Of a DNA stretch of 61,337 nucleotides, positions 19,063 to 26,278 are shown piece by piece. The position numbers and the translations under genes were made by a program. Below the pieces are notes generated by a model. It was not told the DNA's origin and searched no databases. It saw nothing but the letters and a program-made list of their open reading frames with translations. Positions within the stretch are counted from its first letter, which is position 1. Each line of letters starts with the position of its first letter. Source of the stretch: Bacteroidota bacterium (GTDB lineage Bacteria; Bacteroidota; Bacteroidia; Chitinophagales; BACL12); NCBI GenBank assembly GCA_043727235.1, contig JAYSYX010000377.1, forward strand, positions 1-61,337. The letters run 5' to 3'.

Positions 19063-21570
19063 TCAAATAATTTCAATTATTTTGCTGGTAGAAGTGGTTT
19101 CTGAATTCAATTTCAGAATATAACTTCCTGCGGGTATTTTTTCAATGTCCAAATATATCAAATTTCCGGCAGGAAAAGTATTTGAACTGAATATTGTTTG
19201 ACCCAGCATGTTAATTATTTGAATTTGAGCCTGATCCGCTGACCTTTCCAATGCTATATTTACCCTTTCTGATGCGGGATTTGGAAATATCTCAAATCCA
19301 TCAGCTGTCTTGGCTTCTCTCAGAATTTCAATGTTTCTATCCACCTGCATTTCACAGCTATTTCCATATTCTATATAATTAGTTATGGTATAAGTGCCCG
19401 GAACGGAATAGAAATGTGTGGCAGGCCATAACTCCTCTGAGTTTATGCCATCACCAAACTCCCAATAACTGTCACTATAAGTTCCATTGATCACATAATC
19501 AATAATGTCTACACTGTTTTGCAGATCATTTGAATAAAGTTCAAAGCTAACTTCTGGTGTATTCAGACTATTTATATGAACTATTTTATTATTAAATCCC
19601 ATCAAAGCTCCTGTTGCCGTTTCGGTTACTTCTAAATTAAACAAAATTTCACTGTTGAGTTCAAATACTTCCGGTAAAATGGAGGCCATGTTAAAAATAT
19701 AGGTTTTACCAAAATATATATCATTGGTTATACTATTGGTCCATTTAAAAGTATAAGAATTGAGTGCTGCACCGGCCAATAAAATTCCCTGTTCATTATA
19801 AATGATGGGTATTAATTTTAAATTTCCGTTATTGGGTAAATAACATGGCAGAGTTTGATGATGAATTTTTACCGTAAAAGCAGATTGTAAATATTTTGAA
19901 CTATCAGGGAGCCATTGCTGTAAATAATGAAGAACGGATTTATAATCGTCGTTGTTTATTAAATTATTCCACTCATTAGGATCTCCCTCACGATTTCTAC
20001 CGATCTTATACAGTTCTTCTTCAGTAGTGGAGAGTTCCAGGTTGCAATCATCACCCACACCGTCATTATTTGATCTATATCTGATATAATGAAATCTACT
20101 ATTTCGCACGGAATATTGTGGGAAACAGGATGATTCCTCGGCACTTTCATGTTTATAACTGCTCAACACCGGCCTTTCAATATTGAGTTCCGGCTGTATT
20201 AAAAAAGGTGTTAGTGAATTTCCATCTAAATAATTTTCACCATCAGGAAAAACGGGCGCAGTAATTTCGGCAAAATCGCAAATTGTTGGAAACAGATCTA
20301 ATAAACTAACTGCGCTGTTGCAAACTTGCGATTGCATATTTCGATTATCAGTAATTATTAATGGTACTCGCAGGTCTGTTTCCCAAAGTGCTCTTTTTGC
20401 CCAATGTTTTTTTTCACCTAAAGAATATCCGTGGTCGCTGCTAATTATTATAACGGTATTATAATAAAGCGCAGGATTTTCTTTTAATTTTTCCAAAATT
20501 CGGCCTACCTGTGCATCAATAAAATGAATGGATGCAATGTATGCCATTACAGCATTAGCACGTTTTGATTCCCCAAGAATTATTAATCTTTCCTCATCAG
20601 AAAGTCCTTCTTCTATAATTGGTAAAGGGTCTATTGATTCGCAGTGGCCTAAAAAACCATTGTGTATATACGGACTTGCAGAACTTTGACCTAATACGCC
20701 TAAATTTTCATAGTCGTTCCAGGGAATTTCTGGTTGTGGTGGCATTACAATTCCATTATAAGGAAAAGCATTTACCGGATGGTTATAGGGTTTAATAAAG
20801 GGTTCCTCATAAATATCATCCTGATAATATTCCGGGTAATAATTTTCTGTAACATACATTGGCAAATGGGGAAGGTGATATCCCAAAGAAATATATAAAG
20901 GGCGGTTGCAAAATAAATCAGGATGGGTTATATAATCATCAATTGTTTGCAATACACTTTCCGTTGCCATATAATCTTCTAAAGAACCTTCAAAGCTGCT
21001 ATCCAATTTCGACCATTTAAACTGATTAATATCTTCATCCGTTGCTTCTGCCGCTGCATGTACTCCTGGGCCTTGGTGTGGAGTAATAAATTTATTCCAT
21101 GATTTTGTTTTAGAACAAACATCCATTGTTAAAGTATCAAATTCGTTGGAGGATACATCACAATGAAATATTTTACCAAATCCCGCGGTAAAATATCCTG
21201 CGCTGTCCTTTAGATATTGGGGTAAGGTAATAATATAATTTCCCGGAGTAAAACTTGCTCTGTAATCATTGCAATCTAAATCCTGATTATTTAAGATACC
21301 CGTATACGCTGGATCTTTTCCCGTAAAAATACTTGCACGTGATGCAGCACAGACAGGTGATGTGGCAAAGGCATTTAAAAAAACTGTACCGCTGTCAGCA
21401 ATACTTTTTAGGTTAGGAGTTTTTACTTGCGGATGTCCGTAATAGGGTTCAACATAATCATTGAGATCGTCGATCACTATATAAATAATATTTGGTTTGG
21501 TGATCTCAACCTGAGCTTGCAAATTTATTACTGCACATAGCAGAGCTGAAAATAAAAATGTGGTTTTCAT
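19063..21570 (-). CDS. Array member S8: secreted IDS-like sulfatase + beta module + PKD + T9SS CTD (C-A-A-S-R active-site variant)
   Basis: 835-aa ORF with a signal peptide. Motifs: IDDLNDY, VCAASRASIFTGK (codons 21337..21351), GKIFH, HLPH, SDHGYSLGEKKHWAK, YTFKWTNSIT..LEVTETATG, YWEFGDGINSEELWPATH, IFPNPASERVNI..GSYIL. Confidence 0.9.
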   Translation of the reverse strand: MKTTFLFSALLCAVINLQAQVEITKPNIIYIVIDDLNDYVEPYYGHPQVKTPNLKSIADSGTVFLNAFATSPVCAASRASIFTGKDPAYTGILNNQDLDCNDYRASFTPGNYIITLPQYLKDSAGYFTAGFGKIFHCDVSSNEFDTLTMDVCSKTKSWNKFITPHQGPGVHAAAEATDEDINQFKWSKLDSSFEGSLEDYMATESVLQTIDDYITHPDLFCNRPLYISLGYHLPHLPMYVTENYYPEYYQDDIYEEPFIKPYNHPVNAFPYNGIVMPPQPEIPWNDYENLGVLGQSSASPYIHNGFLGHCESIDPLPIIEEGLSDEERLIILGESKRANAVMAYIASIHFIDAQVGRILEKLKENPALYYNTVIIISSDHGYSLGEKKHWAKRALWETDLRVPLIITDNRNMQSQVCNSAVSLLDLFPTICDFAEITAPVFPDGENYLDGNSLTPFLIQPELNIERPVLSSYKHESAEESSCFPQYSVRNSRFHYIRYRSNNDGVGDDCNLELSTTEEELYKIGRNREGDPNEWNNLINNDDYKSVLHYLQQWLPDSSKYLQSAFTVKIHHQTLPCYLPNNGNLKLIPIIYNEQGILLAGAALNSYTFKWTNSITNDIYFGKTYIFNMASILPEVFELNSEILFNLEVTETATGALMGFNNKIVHINSLNTPEVSFELYSNDLQNSVDIIDYVINGTYSDSYWEFGDGINSEELWPATHFYSVPGTYTITNYIEYGNSCEMQVDRNIEILREAKTADGFEIFPNPASERVNIALERSADQAQIQIINMLGQTIFSSNTFPAGNLIYLDIEKIPAGSYILKLNSETTSTSKIIEII

Positions 21571-21824
21571 TGTGTGTGTGTTTGAGTGAATGTTTTATAA
21601 GTTGTGGTGCTAATAAAATAAATTGTCGCTCTTTGTTTAAGTTAATTAATTGGGTCGGAGATAAATATATGGGGTTCGCATTCTTGGGACGGACAAAGAA
21701 CGAAAGGATTGAGATCAGATGGAATATCAATTTCGGATAATGGAACATAACATTGTATCAACTAAAATTACCATAAAGCCTCAAGCAAACAAGTTGAATT
21801 TAGCGAAGTGACCTAATTTAAATG

Positions 21825-21850
21825 TGAAATGCAGGTTTGAGTTAGTGAAG
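21825..21850. repeat. Conserved 26-nt box, copy 2 (tgaaatgcaggtttgagttagtgaag), in the long S9-S8 spacer
   Basis: See copy 1. This copy lies between the S9 terminator hairpin and the S8 start. Confidence 0.6.
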
Positions 21851-21925
21851 TGTATTTATAACTCAATTTTATGGTATGGGATTGCAACCTTGGCGCTAAA
21901 GATCTCAGGGAATAAACGAATATAT

Positions 21926-21960
21926 TAAGGATATCAGACCATTATTGGCTGATATCCTTA
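21926..21960 (-). terminator. Stem-loop directly after the S9 stop; probable intrinsic terminator
   Basis: Perfect 12-bp inverted repeat taaggatatcag (21926..21937) / ctgatatcctta (21949..21960) with an 11-nt loop, starting 12 nt after the stop at 21972. On the minus strand it is followed by the moderately T-rich atatattcgtttatt. Confidence 0.6.
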
Positions 21961-21971
21961 ATACAGAAAAA

Positions 21972-24500
21972 TTATCTTACGATTTCGAATTTAGAGGTTG
22001 TGAATACTTCTTCTGATCTTAATTCAAGAATGTAAGATCCGGAAGGGATATTTTGTATGTCGATTTGTATTGATTTGTTCTGAGAATTTTTTGTGGTAAT
22101 ATAAACAACTTGTCCCAAAGTATTTAATATGAGTATTCGTGCATCCTTAATTTCATTTTGCAGGGTAATATTCAATTGAGTACTTGCGGGATTCGGATAT
22201 AATGCACATTCAAATTCAGTTAATCCATCACGCAATAAAGTTGCGCTGCGATTATAACTTTTTAAACAACCATTTCCATATTGAATATAATTAGTTACAG
22301 TGTAAACTCCCGGTGCTGTATAAAAATGTGTGTCGGGCAAATAATCTTCCGATGTACTACCGTCACCAAAATTCCAATAAGTATTGGTATAACTCCCTGA
22401 TAATGAATAAGTATTTATAGTGGTAGATAATGCAGGGATATCATTTGTAAGTGTAAAACCACCGATTGGAGTATTTGCATTATTAACAAAGTATGTTTTG
22501 GTATTAAAAGCCACAAGTTCACCGGTAGCGGTTTCCGTAACTTCGAGATAAAATAATATTCTGTCGGCACTCGAATAAACCGCAGGTGTAACTGTCAACA
22601 TATTAAAATTATAATTTTTACCGGTAAATACTGCTGCCGTTAAATTGTTTGTCCATTTAAAAGTATATCCTGCACCTGTTAATGGGGCGCCTTCAGGATC
22701 AAATAATGTTGCCTGTAATTTTATTTTGCTGTTATTTTTTAAAAAACATGGGACAGTACCTGCATTTGATATGTTTACTATGTGTGCTTTTTGAAGATAT
22801 AATGCACTGTCAGGTAAAAACTGATGCATATAATTTACCACAGGTGCATAGGCAGGATCATTTATTAAATTATTCCATTCATATGGATCTGTTTCGCGAT
22901 TAACTCCCATATCATATAATTCTTCCTCGCTAAAACTTGCTGTCTCATCGCACGTTAAAAGTGGCGGAGTATTATTGGTCTGATATTTAATATATTTAAA
23001 TCTGTTATTGCGTATACTGTATTGCGGAAAACAAGAAGCTTCATTTATCATACCCATCGGATTTTTTGTTTTAACGGTGGAGAGAGATGGTTTTTCCCAC
23101 ATTAATTCAGGGTTGTTCATTAAAGGTAAAAAACTATGTCCATCAAGATATCTTCCACCAGCTGCAAATGTTGGTTCAGGAATATCAATAAGGTCTAAAA
23201 TTGTTGGGAAAATATCGAGAGTGCTTACACTTTTACCACAGGTTTGAGCAACAGGATTACGCATATCAGTAAAAACCAACGGGACTCTAACATCAGGTTC
23301 CCACATGGAAAATTTACCCCAGTGTCTTTTAGTTCCAAGAGAAAAACCATGATCAGAAGTTAGAATAATTACACAATTATTATAAATTTCAGGATGTGCT
23401 TGCAGCGCAGTTAAAAATCTTCCTAATTCATAATCCAAAAAATTAATACCCGCTTTGTATGCTAAAATGGCATTGGCCCTTTCTGTTTCATTTATTATTT
23501 CAATTCTTTCTGCATCACTTATACCAGCTTCAATTTCCGGCAGGGTAATTAAACTTTCACCATAATCATCAAAGAGCTGAGCTTCATTGTCGGAAGCAAA
23601 TAACTGTCCCATGTATCCCAGTGAATCGTAATCCGCCCAGCGTGGGTCCGGTTGAGGCGGCATAACAAGTCCGTTATATGGAAAAGCATTATAAGGTTCA
23701 TTATATGGTTTGTTAAAGGGTTCAGCATAAATATCTTCTACATAATCATCATCGAAAAAACTCTCAGGAACATAAAAATTTGCATGCGGTTTTTTAATTC
23801 CTAATCCGAGGAAAAAGGGATTTCCGCAAGTAACAGATGGCCCGAATTCTGCGAAATCATCAATAAATTCTATAGCTGCATCTACGCTCACATCATCTTC
23901 CATATAATCAATTAAAGTATCGTCGAGACGCGCCCATTTTAAGGTAAAAATCCCTTCATTTTCCGCATCACCTATCGGATTGATGATATCATCTTCCACA
24001 TAAACAAAAGCATTATTCCACGATAATTCTTTTAAACATGGATCGGGTGTTTCGGCATCATAATCAGAAAATGCTTCATAACAATGAAATACTTTTCCAA
24101 TTGAGTAAGTATAATAATCTGCATTATCTTTTAAATATCCGGGCAAGGTGTATACTTCACCATTTCCATCTGCCACCTGAAAATTTTTTCTGAAATTATA
24201 ACATGCATAACTTGTATTGTCATATACCTGAGTGTATAAAACGTCTTTTCCGGTAACAAGCGAAGTTCTTGCCGGAGCACATTTTGGTGAAGCACAATTT
24301 GCATTTGTAAAAACAGTTCCATTTTGAACCAATGTATTTAAATTTGGTGTTGAAGCCTGAGGAAAATATTCGTAACCTTCCATCATGGTATTCATATCAT
24401 CCATAGTAATTAAAATGATATATGGTTGCGTAGGAGCCTGTGCCAATGAAAGCAAGGTAAAAAGGGAAAAGAAAATGGAGAAAGTTAAATATTTTATCAT
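21972..24500 (-). CDS. Array member S9 (first transcribed): secreted IDS-like sulfatase + beta module + PKD + T9SS CTD
   Basis: The track ORF is 21972..24530, but its first codon is TTG. I prefer the ATG at 24500 (MIKYLTFSIFFSLFTLLSLAQA, a signal peptide). Motifs: MDDMNTM, PKCAPARTSLVTGK, GKVFH, KKPH, SDHGFSLGTKRHWGK, YTFKWTNNLT..LEVTETATG, YWNFGDGSTSEDYLPDTH, LYPNPASTQLNI..GSYIL. Confidence 0.9.
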   Translation of the reverse strand: MIKYLTFSIFFSLFTLLSLAQAPTQPYIILITMDDMNTMMEGYEYFPQASTPNLNTLVQNGTVFTNANCASPKCAPARTSLVTGKDVLYTQVYDNTSYACYNFRKNFQVADGNGEVYTLPGYLKDNADYYTYSIGKVFHCYEAFSDYDAETPDPCLKELSWNNAFVYVEDDIINPIGDAENEGIFTLKWARLDDTLIDYMEDDVSVDAAIEFIDDFAEFGPSVTCGNPFFLGLGIKKPHANFYVPESFFDDDYVEDIYAEPFNKPYNEPYNAFPYNGLVMPPQPDPRWADYDSLGYMGQLFASDNEAQLFDDYGESLITLPEIEAGISDAERIEIINETERANAILAYKAGINFLDYELGRFLTALQAHPEIYNNCVIILTSDHGFSLGTKRHWGKFSMWEPDVRVPLVFTDMRNPVAQTCGKSVSTLDIFPTILDLIDIPEPTFAAGGRYLDGHSFLPLMNNPELMWEKPSLSTVKTKNPMGMINEASCFPQYSIRNNRFKYIKYQTNNTPPLLTCDETASFSEEELYDMGVNRETDPYEWNNLINDPAYAPVVNYMHQFLPDSALYLQKAHIVNISNAGTVPCFLKNNSKIKLQATLFDPEGAPLTGAGYTFKWTNNLTAAVFTGKNYNFNMLTVTPAVYSSADRILFYLEVTETATGELVAFNTKTYFVNNANTPIGGFTLTNDIPALSTTINTYSLSGSYTNTYWNFGDGSTSEDYLPDTHFYTAPGVYTVTNYIQYGNGCLKSYNRSATLLRDGLTEFECALYPNPASTQLNITLQNEIKDARILILNTLGQVVYITTKNSQNKSIQIDIQNIPSGSYILELRSEEVFTTSKFEIVR

Positions 24501-24576
24501 TTGTGTGTTATTTGGTGGCGAATATAACAACTCCTTTCTAATTTTACAATTATTAATCAGTTAAAAACATATTTAA

Positions 24577-25344
24577 ATGAAAATAATTACCTACAATCTT
24601 AATGGAATACGTGCTGCAATGAATCGCGGCTGGCTCGAATGGGTGCGTGAACACGCCTTTGACATAATTTGTGTTCAGGAATTAAAGGCAGAGCCGGCAC
24701 AGTTGGATGTTACTCTTTTTGATCAAATGGGTTATCATCATTATTGGCACCCTGCAGAGAAAAAAGGTTATAGTGGGGTTGCTATTTTTTCCAAAATAAA
24801 ACCTGATAATGTTGTGATGGGTTGCGGAAATAATGATTTTGATTGTGAAGGAAGAGTTATTCGGGCAGACTATGGTGATAAAAGCGTTTATTCCATTTAT
24901 TTTCCTTCAGGAACCACCGGAGATATTCGTCAGGGTGTTAAATATAAATTTCTCGATTTTATAACCGGACACTTAAAAGAGGTTGAGAAAGAAAGAAAAA
25001 AATTAATTGTCTGTGGTGATTATAATATTGCGCATACTCCCTTGGATATTCATGATCCAAAGGGAAATAAGAACAGCTCGGGATTTTTACCGGAGGAACG
25101 TGCCTGGATGGATACTTTTTATGGTTCCGGATATATCGACAGTCTACGTTTTTTTAATAAGGATCCACATCAATATACCTGGTGGAGTTACCGGGCAAAT
25201 GCACGTGTAAATAATAAAGGTTGGCGAATTGATTACATCGCAGTTACTGAAAATTTATCTAATGATCTCGTAGCAGCAAAGATCTATCCCGATGCAATGC
25301 ACAGTGATCATTGTCCGCAGGTTTTGGAAATGAAGTGGGAATGA
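24577..25344 (+). CDS. xth: Exodeoxyribonuclease III (ExoIII/APE1 family AP endonuclease)
   Basis: 255 aa. MKIITYNLNGIRAA...DIICVQELKA...YSGVAIFSK...GDYNIAHTPLDIHDP...WRIDYI...SDHCPQ are typical ExoIII family motifs. Confidence 0.93.
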   Translation: MKIITYNLNGIRAAMNRGWLEWVREHAFDIICVQELKAEPAQLDVTLFDQMGYHHYWHPAEKKGYSGVAIFSKIKPDNVVMGCGNNDFDCEGRVIRADYGDKSVYSIYFPSGTTGDIRQGVKYKFLDFITGHLKEVEKERKKLIVCGDYNIAHTPLDIHDPKGNKNSSGFLPEERAWMDTFYGSGYIDSLRFFNKDPHQYTWWSYRANARVNNKGWRIDYIAVTENLSNDLVAAKIYPDAMHSDHCPQVLEMKWE

Positions 25345-25372
25345 AAGATTCGAAGGTAGAAGATTCGAAGGG
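25343..25372 (+). repeat. Two copies of the 15-nt unit (a/g)gaagattcgaagg, same unit as the tandem at 58747..58802
   Basis: Reads gaaagattcgaaggt agaagattcgaaggg, beginning within the xth stop codon and followed by ggaagg words. Confidence 0.6.
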
Positions 25373-25425
25373 GAAGGAAGGAAGGGGTTGGAAGGGAAAA
25401 AAATGAAGGAATGAAACAATGAACA

Positions 25426-25468
25426 CCCTCGACCTACCAGGTTTTTTTTAACCTGGTAGGTCTGAGGG
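25426..25468 (+). repeat. H1-family stem-loop, copy 1
   Basis: Left arm ccctcgacctaccaggtt, 6-nt T loop, right arm aacctggtaggtctgaggg. The stem is 18 bp with one bulged t. The second copy is at 52438..52475. Confidence 0.75.
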
Positions 25469-25482
25469 AATGGAAAGAAAAA

Positions 25483-25558
25483 ATGAAGGAATAAAAAAAA
25501 GGGGGAACGCTGATAACGCGGATCGGGCGGATTTAAGGAGATAAAAAAGGGAATGAAC
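25483..25558 (+). repeat. Direct repeat DR-L (~76 nt) upstream of the ankyrin gene
   Basis: atgaaggaat..aacgcggatcgggcggatttaaggagataaaaaagggaatgaac aligns by eye, at high similarity, with 26192..26278. Confidence 0.65.
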
Positions 25559-25593
25559 AAAAGGCAAAAATTAAACAGGGAGGATAATAATAT

Positions 25594-26127
25594 ATGATTG
25601 ATTTTATTAAATTACAAGAGGCAATCATGTCTGATAATTTACAGACAGTTGCCTCTGTATTAAAAAAAGCAGAGAATGTAAATCTGAAATGGGGAACAGG
25701 TATTACTGTTATGCATTATTATGTTACTCATACTTCTGAACTACATTACAATCCGGATGAAATAATAAAAACGTTGGTAGAAAATGGTGTAGACATCAAT
25801 ACACAAAACAAAGAATTATCTGCTCCACTTCATTATGCAGTAGTGCAACAAAATCCAAAGTTAGTAGAAGCATTAATTAAGCACGGCGCTCTTGTAGATA
25901 TTAAGGACGACAAAGGAAATACACCACTATGGAGAGCAGTGCAGAATTATAGGGGAGAAGAAGCAATGCTAGAGTGCATAAAAGTATTAATTCAATTTGA
26001 AGCAAATCCAGATATTTCAAATAACTTTGGGCATAGCCCCCGTTCAGTGGTACTAAGCCGTCATAAAAGTATGACAAATACTATGAAGCCCAAAGAATGG
26101 GATTTACAACCACACTTAAATTGGTAA
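25594..26127 (+). CDS. Ankyrin-repeat protein
   Basis: 177 aa with at least 3 ANK-like repeats: APLHYAVVQQNPKLVEALIKHGALVDIKDDKGNTPLWRAV; GVDINTQNKE; LIQFEANPDISNNFGHSP. Confidence 0.8.
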   Translation: MIDFIKLQEAIMSDNLQTVASVLKKAENVNLKWGTGITVMHYYVTHTSELHYNPDEIIKTLVENGVDINTQNKELSAPLHYAVVQQNPKLVEALIKHGALVDIKDDKGNTPLWRAVQNYRGEEAMLECIKVLIQFEANPDISNNFGHSPRSVVLSRHKSMTNTMKPKEWDLQPHLNW

Positions 26128-26191
26128 TATGCGTTCATCATTTATAGTTATATTGATACTTATTTTCAGTGCAGGATGTAAAAACAAAAGT

Positions 26192-26278
26192 ATGAAGGAA
26201 TTAAGGAATGAAAAAAGAGGACCGTTAATGACGCGGATTGTTCGGATTTAGGATGATAAAAAAGAATATTGGAATGAA
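26192..26278 (+). repeat. Direct repeat DR-R (~87 nt) downstream of the ankyrin gene
   Basis: atgaaggaattaaggaatgaaaaaagagg..gacgcggattgttcggatttaggatgataaaaaagaatattggaatgaa, same orientation as DR-L. Confidence 0.65.

Noticed and set aside
24501-24530. 10-codon extension of S9 from a TTG start.
   Set aside because: The ATG at 24500 gives a standard signal peptide like the other paralogs. The TTG start adds polar residues before it.
1-24530. Reading the sulfatase array as a conventional polysaccharide utilisation locus, or as an assembly duplication artefact.
   Set aside because: No SusC/SusD pair, glycoside hydrolase, lyase or hybrid two-component regulator lies within or beside it, so it does not fit the canonical PUL definition. 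The paralogs differ at many amino-acid positions and have distinct spacers, so they are not collapsed or duplicated identical copies. Coverage should still be checked.
25426-25468. Calling the H1 and H2 stem-loops ordinary rho-independent terminators.
   Set aside because: None is followed by a U-tract, and one H2 copy sits inside an operon. They are kept as a structured repeat family instead. The three hairpins that do have T-runs (21926, 46213, 46717) are annotated as terminators.
25255-25560. 101-aa minus-strand ORF between xth and the ankyrin gene.
   Set aside because: It is encoded entirely by the ggaagg/gaagattcgaaggg word repeats and the H1 hairpin. Its peptide (PFFLFLHFFFPFP.., PSPSNLLPSNLS) is a translation of repeats.
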